DNA of 61,879 nt from Planctomycetota bacterium (GTDB lineage: Bacteria > Planctomycetota > PLA2). Below the pieces are notes generated by a model, which worked only from the letters and a program-made list of their open reading frames with translations, searched no databases and was not told the origin of the DNA. Shown here one piece after another: positions 8,505-16,881 of this stretch (its first letter is position 1; the number at the start of each line of letters is the position of its first letter). A program made the translations under genes and the position numbers. The stretch spans positions 1 to 61,879 of the forward strand of contig DASUGR010000223.1 in assembly GCA_036273915.1 (NCBI GenBank). Direction: 5' to 3'.

Positions 8505-10175
8505 TTAGTCGAATTTCTCGCCTTCGGGCTCCTCGTCCTCGGGCTTCGGCTGGTCCGGCGGCGGCGGCGGGGACTCTCCCGCGCCCTCCGCTCCGCCCGC
8601 CGGCATCGCCGCCTGGGCGATCTTCATCGCCTCCTTCACCGGCCAGTCCCCGCACCAGCGGAGGTTGCCGTCCGGGAAGGTCACGGCCGTCGAGAGCGTG
8701 AAGACGTCGGGCACGTTCTGCGCGACCTGCATCACCTCGGGCGGCACCCCCATCATCCCGAGCATCATCACCATGGGCTTCAGCGCACCGAGGTTGATCG
8801 TGAACCCGATGTTGTGGCCGCGACCCAGGCGCGACATCGCCGCGAGGTGCGGGTTCTCCGCGTCCTTCTCGCCGCGGCCCACCTTGTCGATCAGCGCCTT
8901 CAGGTCGTCCTCCGCCGTCGGCGACATCGCCATGAAGCACAGGTCCTTGTGGATCGCCATGTAGCCCTGCATGCTGGAGAACACCATCGCCATCTGCGGG
9001 TCCTCCGACGTCATCCCGAACCGGTGGAGGCTGATCTCGCCGTGCTTCGCCACGTTCTTCTCGAGGACGTAGGAGATCGGGATCCCGATCTTCTTGAGCG
9101 CGGCGTTGACCTTGTCCGCGTCGAACGACGCCATGAGCGCCGTGCCGTCGCTCCCGGGCTTCAGCTCGATGAGGCCGAGCATGTTGGCGCTCATCATCAT
9201 GTTGATGTTCATCGACATCGCCGAGCGGCCCGTGCGCGACGCCTCGAACGCGCTCCCGACGGAGAGGAGCTGCATGATCGCCTGGGCGACCTCCTCCCCG
9301 CCCGCCGCCTGGAGAAGCTCCCTCATCTCCTTCGTCGGCCAGTCGGGGTTCATGCACGCCGTCATCGTCATGTAGGCTTCCTTGGGCAGGTAGGCCGCAA
9401 GGTCCACCGTCCCCGGCTCGCCCGCGCGCTTCAGCAGGTTGCGGAGTCCTGAGCCCGCCTGGATCGCCAGGAAGCCCTCGGTCTCGAGGCGATCCCCCGT
9501 CCAGGTCGCGCCGTAGTCGAGCGACTCCACGCTCAGGACCGCGCCCTTGAGCGAGGTCATGATCGGGAGGATCAGCGCGCGCGCCTGCTCCGGCACGTCG
9601 CCCTGCGCGGCGACGGCCATCGTGGCCTCCGTCGCCCACTGCTCGATCTCCTCCTTGTGCTCGGCCACGATGTCGCCGAGGTAGACGTGGAGCACCGCGT
9701 CGCCCTCGACGCGGAAGGCCGTCGGCGTCCCGCGCGGCTCCGTCTCGAGGAGGTCCGGCTCCGCGACCACGACGGCACCGCCGCGGGAGATCGCGAACGC
9801 GCCCTCGCGAAGCTCCTTCTTGCCCTCCCACGTCGCGCCCCCCGCCGGGTGGAGGACCACGATGGGCTCCCCCTGCTCCGTGAGGCCCGCGTAGATCGGC
9901 TTCGTGCGGTCCACGATGTCCGCGTTGAGCCCGGAGACCATGAACAGGAAGGTGGAGGCGGGCATCTGCTCGAGCGGCGCGACCTGCGCGCCGAGGCCGA
10001 TGGCCTTGAGCATCGGGACCCACTCCTTGACGATCGCGTCGATGCGGTCGAAGGACGCGACGCGGAAGGAGATCGGGGTGCCCTTCGGCAGCTGGGCCGT
10101 CGCGGGATCCCCTTCCTGCGCCCGGGCCATGGGCAGGAAGAGGGCAAGGAGGATCGTGGCGGACAGGATTCGCAT
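8505..10175 (-). CDS. secreted methionine-rich protein of unknown function (possibly DUF3352-like)
   Basis: Best start is MRILSATILLALFLPMARAQEG (ATG at 10175), a signal peptide. Met-dense tracts include SAMSMNINMMMSANM and KPMVMMLGMMGV. The tail is acidic and proline-rich, PPPPPDQPKPEDEEPEGEKFD. Confidence 0.7.
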   Translation of the reverse strand: MRILSATILLALFLPMARAQEGDPATAQLPKGTPISFRVASFDRIDAIVKEWVPMLKAIGLGAQVAPLEQMPASTFLFMVSGLNADIVDRTKPIYAGLTEQGEPIVVLHPAGGATWEGKKELREGAFAISRGGAVVVAEPDLLETEPRGTPTAFRVEGDAVLHVYLGDIVAEHKEEIEQWATEATMAVAAQGDVPEQARALILPIMTSLKGAVLSVESLDYGATWTGDRLETEGFLAIQAGSGLRNLLKRAGEPGTVDLAAYLPKEAYMTMTACMNPDWPTKEMRELLQAAGGEEVAQAIMQLLSVGSAFEASRTGRSAMSMNINMMMSANMLGLIELKPGSDGTALMASFDADKVNAALKKIGIPISYVLEKNVAKHGEISLHRFGMTSEDPQMAMVFSSMQGYMAIHKDLCFMAMSPTAEDDLKALIDKVGRGEKDAENPHLAAMSRLGRGHNIGFTINLGALKPMVMMLGMMGVPPEVMQVAQNVPDVFTLSTAVTFPDGNLRWCGDWPVKEAMKIAQAAMPAGGAEGAGESPPPPPDQPKPEDEEPEGEKFD

Positions 10176-10250
10176 GGAGGGGTTCCTTTGGGGACCGGTA
10201 CCGGAGAAGAGGATACCCGCTCCTGGCAAGGGTTCTTCGCTCCCGTCGCT

Positions 10251-10274
10251 CCCCCCCGGCCCCCCCCTGCATCC
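10251..10274 (-). repeat. bipartite poly-G element copy (C-strand on +)
   Basis: C7-gg-C8-tgcatcc. Its reverse complement is ggatgca-G8-cc-G7. It lies in the intergenic region between 10175 and 10291. Confidence 0.6.
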
Positions 10275-10290
10275 GTCCCGGCACGGCTCC

Positions 10291-11904
10291 CTACTTCCCC
10301 GGGGCGTTCGCCTCCTTCTTCCTGGGCTTCACGGCCCAGTAGGTTCCGCCGTTCTCGGCGGCAAGCTGGCGCAGGAATGCGGAGTTGTGGTCGGCGCCGA
10401 TGCCGATCGTGTGGATGGCGACCCGGCGCAACGCGTTCCACTCCCGGGCGGCCTCGAGCGTCCGCTCGGGATCCTCGGTCTGGCCCCTGGCGTCGGTCGG
10501 CGCCCCGTCCGTGAGGAGATAGATCGCGTCCGCGCGGGCGGGGCCGGGCGGCTCCTCGGGGTGGACGCCCGCGAGCCGCAGCGCGAGGTCGAGCGCCTCG
10601 TAGATGTTCGTCTGCCCCTCGGCGCCCATCTGCGCGAGCGCCGCGGCGAGCGCGGCGTGGCGCTCCGGCTTCGCCGGCTCGAGCGTGTCGCCGAGGATCG
10701 CCTCCGCGTGGTCGGAGTAGGCGACGACCGTGTAGCGCGCGTCGCGGCGCAGCGATTTCGCGGCGCGCAGGAGCTCGCGCGTGGCCGCGTCGAAGCGCGA
10801 GTCCTCGTCGTCGCGCGCGGCGACCGGGCCGCCGTTGACGAAGCGCGGGTTCTCCATCGACATGATCATCGAGCCCGAGCGGTCGAGGACGTAGATGATC
10901 CGGTCCTCGAGCTGCGGGATGCCGTAGAAGTTCCCCTGGTCCGAGGTGACGGGCGCCGGCTTGCCGGCGCCGAGCGCCGTCTTCCCGGCCATCACCTCGG
11001 CCTCGTGGTCGCGCCACCACTTCTGCCAGATCTTCGGGTCGTCGCCGGGGTTCGCGCCGGTGAGGATGCGGAGCGCGTCGAACATCTCGCGCTGGGTCCG
11101 CGAGCGGTCGCTCTCGCGCTGCACCTGGCGGACGAGCGCGGCGACGCCCTCCGGCAGCGCCGCGCGTGCCGTCGCCTGCGCCGCGGCGGCCCGCACCGCG
11201 CCGTCGCGGTCGGAGAGGCGCTTGAGGATCGTCGGCAGCCCCGGCGCGCCGACCTTGTCGCCCCGCGACGCGAGGGCGTCGAGCAACGCGACCGCCTGCC
11301 CGGCGTCCCGCGTCTTCTCGAGCGCGTCGAGCACTGCCGCCACGCCGCCCTCCGGCCACGCCATGACCCGCTCCGCGGAGCCCCGCAGCAGCGCCGGGGA
11401 CCGCGCGCGGGAGAGGCCGTGCTCGGCGAGCCAGCCGAGCGTCGCGCCGGCCTTGAGCGACGCGACCCCCTGCAGGATCGCGGCCCGCTCGAGCTCCAGC
11501 TCCCCGAGCCGCGCGTCGAGGTCCGTCTCGCGCGTCTCGAGCGCGCGGAGCGCCTCCGGATCGACCTTCGCCGGCTCGGAGCGGACGCGAATGCGCATCG
11601 CGCGCGCCTTCCGGCGGACCTCGTGGAGATCCTTCCGCAGGCCGAGGGTCTCTTCCTCGAGCCGCTCCCATGTGGAGAAGAGGAGGTCGGCCGCCTCGGG
11701 CACGTCCGCGCGCGCCAGTTCGAGGATCGCGGCCCGGCGCTGCGCGAGGGGCGCGTCGTCCCGGTAGGCCTCGCGGAAGCGGTCCTGCGCCTCCGTCCCG
11801 TCGGCGGCGCCGGCTCCGGCGACGAGCAGGAGGGCGACGAGCGCGCGCCGGAGCGGACGCCTGCGGGGGCGCGGCGCGGAACTCGGGACCGGCCCGCGCC
11901 GCAT
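10291..11904 (-). CDS. secreted HEAT-repeat / von Willebrand factor A (VWA) domain protein
   Basis: Signal-like N-terminus RRALVALLLVAGAGAADG. MIDAS motif YVLDRSGSM, later LLTDGAPTD and IHTIGIG. Tandem paralogue of the next gene. Confidence 0.8.
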   Translation of the reverse strand: MRRGPVPSSAPRPRRRPLRRALVALLLVAGAGAADGTEAQDRFREAYRDDAPLAQRRAAILELARADVPEAADLLFSTWERLEEETLGLRKDLHEVRRKARAMRIRVRSEPAKVDPEALRALETRETDLDARLGELELERAAILQGVASLKAGATLGWLAEHGLSRARSPALLRGSAERVMAWPEGGVAAVLDALEKTRDAGQAVALLDALASRGDKVGAPGLPTILKRLSDRDGAVRAAAAQATARAALPEGVAALVRQVQRESDRSRTQREMFDALRILTGANPGDDPKIWQKWWRDHEAEVMAGKTALGAGKPAPVTSDQGNFYGIPQLEDRIIYVLDRSGSMIMSMENPRFVNGGPVAARDDEDSRFDAATRELLRAAKSLRRDARYTVVAYSDHAEAILGDTLEPAKPERHAALAAALAQMGAEGQTNIYEALDLALRLAGVHPEEPPGPARADAIYLLTDGAPTDARGQTEDPERTLEAAREWNALRRVAIHTIGIGADHNSAFLRQLAAENGGTYWAVKPRKKEANAPGK

Positions 11905-11907
11905 GGG

Positions 11908-13479
11908 CTACTTCCGGCGCTCCACGAACTTCCCGCCGTTCTGGGCGGCAAGCGTCTTCAGGAAGTAGGTGCCCACGGGCTCTGTGTCGACGGCGATCGT
12001 GTGGATGACGATCCCGGCGTCGCGATTCCACTGGCGGACGGCCTCGAGGATGATCTCCGGGTCCATCGGCTGCGCGTCGTCCATGCGGTTGTCGGTCGGA
12101 CCGCCGTCGGAGAGCAGGTAGATCGTGTCGATCCGGAGGCCGTCCTTCGGCTTCTCGGTTGCGCCCGCCTCGGGCACGCCCGCAAGCATGAACGCCTCGC
12201 GCAGCGCGCCGAGCGTGTAGGTCGTGCCGCTCGCGAGGACGGAGTCGACGTCGCTCCGGAGCTCATCCTTCACGGTCGGGGTCGCCTTCTCCGGGTCGGG
12301 GTGCCACGTCCGCACGGCCTGATTGAAGAAGATCACGCTGAAGATCTTCTCCTGCGTCAGGTTGCCGACGCAGCGCTTGAGCTCGTTCTTGGCGACCTCC
12401 ATGCGGGTCTTGCCCTCGACCGGCATCTCGGACTCCTTCTTGCCGGTGATGGGCCCCTTGACCAGCTGCTCCACCTCCGCGTTCATGCTGCCCGAGATGT
12501 CGATGATGAAGCAGAGGCGCTCCGACTGGGTCGGGATGCCGTAGAACTGCGGGGTGCCCTTGGCCCTCTCCGAGGGGTCCATCTCGGAGCCCTTCGCCGG
12601 CTCCCGCGGCAGCTGCCTGCCGACCGAGGCCCACCACCTCGCCCACGTGTCGGCGAACCCCATGTTCTGGCCGGTGAGGGACATCAGTGCGGTGTTGATG
12701 TCGTCCTTGAGGCGCCCCTCCGCCTTCGCCATCATCTCGATGAGGAGAGAGACCCCCTCGGACGAGCGCGTCTCGGTGAGCACCTGCACGACGGCCGCCC
12801 GCACGCGCCAATCCTCGTCCTTCGCGGACGCCGCGAGGAGCGCGAACGCCTCCGCCCTGCGGAAGGCGCCCAGCGCGCGCGCCGTGGCGACGCGCACCGC
12901 GGGATCCGCGTCCTTCTGGAGCTTCTTCAGCGACGCGAGCGCCTTCGAGGAGACCTTCTCGTCGGCGAGCGCGGCGTGCCACTGCGCGCAAGCGCGCGCG
13001 AGGAGCTGGCGCACGTAGGACGAGGGGTGATGGTCGAGCGCCGAGAGCGCGGCCTGGACCGTCTTCGGCTCCTGGCAGCCCGTCAACGACTTGAGGAGCA
13101 GCGTCTCGGAGGCGCGCGCGCGGCGGAACTCCGCCTCGAGCTTCTCGAGCGCCTTCGTGTGGTGGTCGCGGAGCGCGATCTCCTGCTCGCTGAGTGCGCG
13201 GCGGCGCTTCAAGGGATCGAGCTTGCCCTGCCGCTCCGCGATCTTGCTCTCGACCTGGTCCAGGTACGCGCCGTAGCGCGACGCGATCTCGCCGAACGCG
13301 GAGACGATCTCGGGGTGGTCCCAGCTCGCGAGCGCCGTGAACCACGTGTCGCGCTGGTCAGGGTCGAGCTGGTCGAAGTAGGCGGAGGTGAGCGCGTCGC
13401 GCGCCTCGACCCAGGTGGCCCTGCCGTCGGCGGCCGCCGGCAGCACGACCAGGAAAAGGGCGAGAAAGCGGGGGACCAT
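11908..13479 (-). CDS. secreted HEAT-repeat / VWA domain protein (paralogue)
   Basis: Signal peptide MVPRFLALFLVVLPAAADG. HEAT-like DADPAVRVATARALG and DEDWRVRAAVVQVL. MIDAS FIIDISGSM, then LLSDGGPTD and IHTIAV. Its stop is 3 nt from the next start. Confidence 0.8.
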   Translation of the reverse strand: MVPRFLALFLVVLPAAADGRATWVEARDALTSAYFDQLDPDQRDTWFTALASWDHPEIVSAFGEIASRYGAYLDQVESKIAERQGKLDPLKRRRALSEQEIALRDHHTKALEKLEAEFRRARASETLLLKSLTGCQEPKTVQAALSALDHHPSSYVRQLLARACAQWHAALADEKVSSKALASLKKLQKDADPAVRVATARALGAFRRAEAFALLAASAKDEDWRVRAAVVQVLTETRSSEGVSLLIEMMAKAEGRLKDDINTALMSLTGQNMGFADTWARWWASVGRQLPREPAKGSEMDPSERAKGTPQFYGIPTQSERLCFIIDISGSMNAEVEQLVKGPITGKKESEMPVEGKTRMEVAKNELKRCVGNLTQEKIFSVIFFNQAVRTWHPDPEKATPTVKDELRSDVDSVLASGTTYTLGALREAFMLAGVPEAGATEKPKDGLRIDTIYLLSDGGPTDNRMDDAQPMDPEIILEAVRQWNRDAGIVIHTIAVDTEPVGTYFLKTLAAQNGGKFVERRK

Positions 13480-13531
13480 CCAGAGATTCTAGCCCTTGGG
13501 CCGTTCGCGGAGGACCTCCGCGCCGGAAAGA

Positions 13532-13546
13532 GGGGGGGCCGGGGGG
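13532..13546 (+). repeat. bipartite poly-G element copy (G-strand on +)
   Basis: G7-cc-G6 in the 80-nt gap between the thiolase stop and the VWA operon start. Confidence 0.55.
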
Positions 13547-13559
13547 CGCTGCCGCCGCG

Positions 13560-14720
13560 CTACGGCGCCGTGAAGGAGGCGGCGAGGCCGAGCCCGCCCG
13601 AGACGCACAGCGTGGCGAGGCCCCGCCGGGCGCCCCGGCTCCGCATGGCGTGGAGGAGCGTGACGACGATCCGGGCGCCCGTGCAGCCGATCGGGTGGCC
13701 GAGCGCGATCGCGCCCCCGTTCACGTTGAGACGCTTCGGGTCGATCGGAAGGTCCTTCAAGCACGCGAGCACCTGCGCCGCGAAGGCCTCGTTCAGCTCG
13801 ACGAGGTCGTAGTCATCGAGCCTCGTGTTCGTGCGCGCGAGGAGCTTGTTGGTCGCGGGCACGGGCCCGATGCCCATGATCCTCGGATCGACGCCCGCGC
13901 TATCGTAGTCCTCGAGGAACGCGAGCGGCTCGAGCCCCTGCTGCTTCGCGAACGACTCCGCGACGAGCAGCGTCGCCGCCGCGCCGTCGGTGATCCCCGA
14001 GCTGTTGCCGGCGTGCACGGTTCCGCCCTGCTTGAAGACCGGCGGGAGCTTCGCGAGCTGTTCCATCGTGGTGTCGGGTCGCGGGTGTTCGTCGGCGTAA
14101 ACGAGCGTCTTCTCGTTCACCTTGACCGGGACGATCTCCGCCTTGAACGCGCCCGACGCGATCGCCTTCCCGGCCTTTGCCTGCGACTCGAGCGCGAAGG
14201 CGTCCTGGACGTCCCGCGGGATCCCGTACTGCTCGGCCAGGGTCTCGGCGGTAGCGCCCATCAGCTGATCCGCGAGGCGGCAGTGGAACCCGTCCTCGTA
14301 CATGCCGTCGACGAGCTTCCCGTGGCCGAGCCGGTAGCCGAGGCGCATCTTCTTGAGCAGGAACGGGACCTGGCTCATCGACTCGACGCCGCCCGCGACG
14401 ATCGCGTTCGCGCGCCCGAGGCGGATGAGGTCGGCCCCCATCGCGATCGACTTCATCCCCGAGCCGCACGCCATGTTCACCGTGTGCGCGGGCACGGTGT
14501 CCGGGATCCCCGCGCGCATGGCGACCTGGCGGGCGGGGTTCGGGCCCTGGCCCGCCTGGCGCGCGCAGCCGAGGATCACCTCGTCGATCGGGATCCGGAC
14601 GCCGTCGACCAGCGGCTTCACGACGGCCGCCCCGAGCTCGGCGACGGAGAGCGGGGAGAGGCCCCCGAGGTACTTCCCGATCGGGGTCCGGAGGGCGCGG
14701 ACGACGGCGACGCGTTCCAT
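13560..14720 (-). CDS. acetyl-CoA C-acetyltransferase (thiolase II)
   Basis: 386 aa. Active-site NMACGSGMKSI, NEAFAAQV and NVNGGAIALGHPIGCTGARI are all classic thiolase signatures. Confidence 0.92.
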   Translation of the reverse strand: MERVAVVRALRTPIGKYLGGLSPLSVAELGAAVVKPLVDGVRIPIDEVILGCARQAGQGPNPARQVAMRAGIPDTVPAHTVNMACGSGMKSIAMGADLIRLGRANAIVAGGVESMSQVPFLLKKMRLGYRLGHGKLVDGMYEDGFHCRLADQLMGATAETLAEQYGIPRDVQDAFALESQAKAGKAIASGAFKAEIVPVKVNEKTLVYADEHPRPDTTMEQLAKLPPVFKQGGTVHAGNSSGITDGAAATLLVAESFAKQQGLEPLAFLEDYDSAGVDPRIMGIGPVPATNKLLARTNTRLDDYDLVELNEAFAAQVLACLKDLPIDPKRLNVNGGAIALGHPIGCTGARIVVTLLHAMRSRGARRGLATLCVSGGLGLAASFTAP

Positions 14721-14778
14721 GCCCTTGATCCTATCCCCGGTGCCAACCGGCGGCCTTCCGGGGCTATGATCGGCGGCC

Positions 14779-15369
14779 GTGAAACGGCTCCTCGTCGCGA
14801 GCGTGATCGCCCTCGTGCTGGTCGGCGGCCTCGGGATCTACGCCCTGCGCGTCCTCGGCGATGCGGCGCAGCGCGCGGGGGATCTCGACAAGGCCCTCGA
14901 CGCGGCATCCAAAGCACTCCTCGAGACGAACGATCTCTTCCCGTACGCGGCGGCCCCCCGCCTCGACCCCGTGCGGTTCCCGACGTGGCTGGAGGTCCGG
15001 GGCGAGATGGCGCGCGACGTGGCGGCGCACGTGGCGGAGCCGTCGTCCGGCGACTTCCACACGCGCGAGACGGTGAACGAGCTGCTCCACCGGATGCGCG
15101 GCGAGCTCGTCGCGAGGAAGATGAGCCTCGCGGAGTACCGCGCGACGGCGCGGCGGTGGCGGGCGCTGCTCGCGCTGCCGGAGTTCGAGGAGCTGCGCGC
15201 CGCGTGGCGCAAGCGCACGGCCACGCGGAAGTTCCCGGGCGGCCTCGCGCTGCCGCCGGCAGCGACGGACGCGGATGCGAAGGAGCTGGAGCAGTTGCGC
15301 CGCTACGCGCGGGTGCTCGAGGACACGATGGACGCGGATCTCCTGGACCCGCTCCTCGACGGGATCTAA
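14779..15369 (+). CDS. membrane-anchored hypothetical protein
   Basis: GTG start. N-terminal TM segment MKRLLVASVIALVLVGGLGIYAL. No recognisable domain. Confidence 0.5.
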   Translation: MKRLLVASVIALVLVGGLGIYALRVLGDAAQRAGDLDKALDAASKALLETNDLFPYAAAPRLDPVRFPTWLEVRGEMARDVAAHVAEPSSGDFHTRETVNELLHRMRGELVARKMSLAEYRATARRWRALLALPEFEELRAAWRKRTATRKFPGGLALPPAATDADAKELEQLRRYARVLEDTMDADLLDPLLDGI

Positions 15370-15441
15370 CTGAACTTCCGGGATTCCCGGCGCTGGGCGG
15401 GGAGATCCGCTCTTCATCCGCCCCTGGTGAGACCTCGCGTT

Positions 15442-16881
15442 CTAGCCCCCGCAGCCGCACGCGTCCTTTGGGCTCTCGGTCGAGTCCTTCGGTTCTTCGT
15501 CCGCGGGTTTCTCGTCGGCCGGTTTCTCGTCGGCCGGTTTCTCCTCGTCGCCCGCCTTCTTCCCGTCCGCGGGTTCCTTGGCGTCGGCGGGCTTCTGCGC
15601 GTCCGCGGGCTTGTCCTCCGCCGGCTTCTTCTCGTCGGAGGGCTTCTGCCCCTCGGCGGGCCTTCCCTCCCCCCCTTCCCCGGCCCCCTTCTCCTCCTCC
15701 TTGGCCTTGGCCTTCAGCTCCGAGAGCTCCTTCCTGAGCGAGCTCGCCGTGTAGTCCCGGACGAGGAACACGTACTCCGCGCGCGCCTTCTCCTTGGGGT
15801 CGTCGATGTATTTGGGATCGACGCGGACCGCGTAGTAGTCCTCCGACTTCATCGCGTCGGAGTAGCTGTCGTAGCGCTGCCGGGTGACCTTCTTGCCGAC
15901 CTCGAGGGTCCGCGTGAACGTGACCCACTCCTCCTTCGGCGCCTCGTCCTTCTTCTCCTCGCCTTCCTTCGTCTCCCCCTCCTTCTTCTCGCCCTCCTCG
16001 GGCGCGGGCTTTCCCGCCTTCTTGCGGAGCGTCATCAGGAGCGTGATCTCGGGTTTGTCGAGGCCGTATTCGTCCCGCACGTCGTCGTACTTGCCCGCGA
16101 CCTCGTAGAGGGAGAGCCGTCGGACGACCGAGAGCATGCCGTCCGCGACGTCGGCGTCGGCGGGGACGGGCTCCTTGCCCGCTTCGATCAGGTTCCACTT
16201 GTCCGACGCCTCCTTCTCCACGGTCGCGTCGTAGTGATCGCGGCGGTCGATGCGGACCGCCTGCGCCTCGGCGCCGCCGAGGTCCCAGATCTCGGAGTCG
16301 ATCCACCGACGGGACATCTCCTGCGTGTAGGCGTCCCACTCGAAGCCGGCCGCGCGCGAGCCCGCGTCGGACGGCGCGCCGCGGTCGCGATCGAGCAGCG
16401 TCGTCGTGCGATAGATCGCGTCCTCGTCCGCCTTGCGGATGAAGAACTCGTGGTACCCCTGCTTCGGCTGCTTGCCGACATAGAACTCGGCGAGCGGCTG
16501 GTCCGCGCGGAGGATGCGCACGAGGCGGCCGTTCTTCTCGTCGGTCTGCGTGCTCGCGCGCATCTCGGCGCTTCCGCCGACCGGGTTGTCCTTGCGGAGG
16601 CTCTTCACCGCGTCGAGGAAGTGGTCGACCTCCTCGCGCTTCACCGGGTAGCCGCCGACCGAGACGAACGACCACGGGGCGCCCTCGGGGCGCGCGATCA
16701 CCCACTTGGTGCCGTTGACGCCGCCCGAGATCTCGATCGTGTCCGCGCCCTCGCGGTTGAACTCGGGGAAGAGGCGCGGGACGGGGCCCGACAGCCGGTC
16801 GGTCGCCCAGTTCTGCCCGATGAGCCAAAGGCCCACCGCGACGACCAGGGCGCCCAGGAGGGCAATGTTGCCGCGGCTCAC
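15442..16881 (-). CDS. DUF4340 domain protein (ABC/GldG-associated) with K/P/A/D/E low-complexity C-terminal tail
   Basis: GTG at 16881, 8 nt after ggaggg, overlapping the GldG-like stop (GTGA). N-terminal anchor SRGNIALLGALVVAVGLWLIG. The tail reads ...EKPADEKPADEKPADEEPKDSTESPKDACGCGG. Confidence 0.7.
   Translation of the reverse strand: MSRGNIALLGALVVAVGLWLIGQNWATDRLSGPVPRLFPEFNREGADTIEISGGVNGTKWVIARPEGAPWSFVSVGGYPVKREEVDHFLDAVKSLRKDNPVGGSAEMRASTQTDEKNGRLVRILRADQPLAEFYVGKQPKQGYHEFFIRKADEDAIYRTTTLLDRDRGAPSDAGSRAAGFEWDAYTQEMSRRWIDSEIWDLGGAEAQAVRIDRRDHYDATVEKEASDKWNLIEAGKEPVPADADVADGMLSVVRRLSLYEVAGKYDDVRDEYGLDKPEITLLMTLRKKAGKPAPEEGEKKEGETKEGEEKKDEAPKEEWVTFTRTLEVGKKVTRQRYDSYSDAMKSEDYYAVRVDPKYIDDPKEKARAEYVFLVRDYTASSLRKELSELKAKAKEEEKGAGEGGEGRPAEGQKPSDEKKPAEDKPADAQKPADAKEPADGKKAGDEEKPADEKPADEKPADEEPKDSTESPKDACGCGG
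15506..15550. repeat. 15-nt tandem coding repeat (ggtttctcgtcggcc x2 plus a degenerate third unit)
   Basis: Read directly. It encodes the EKPAD repeats of the DUF4340 tail on the minus strand. Confidence 0.7.

Noticed and set aside
9904-13812. 1302-aa plus-strand ORF, and similar giants (31391-35161 minus, 53872-54870 plus, 23607-26864 plus, 50667-54359 plus)
   Set aside because: Their composition is dominated by R/A/G/P/E with no motifs. Each lies antisense or out of frame to genes with clear domain signatures (VWA pair, kinase-WD40, ABC ATPase, Peptidase_MA-like, glgB).
15480-15720. Highly repetitive DNA, checked as a possible CRISPR array or non-coding tandem repeat
   Set aside because: The units are 15 nt, contiguous and without spacers. 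They are in frame and encode the EKPAD low-complexity tail of the DUF4340 protein. No CRISPR-like repeat-spacer architecture exists anywhere in the window.
16878-16881. Recurrent GTGA/ATGA stop-start overlaps (2140-2144, 16878-16881, 31799-31802, 42010-42013, 45464-45467, 57666-57669, 58409-58412), considered as a special signal
   Set aside because: This is ordinary translational coupling in compact operons. It was useful for fixing gene starts but is not novel in itself.
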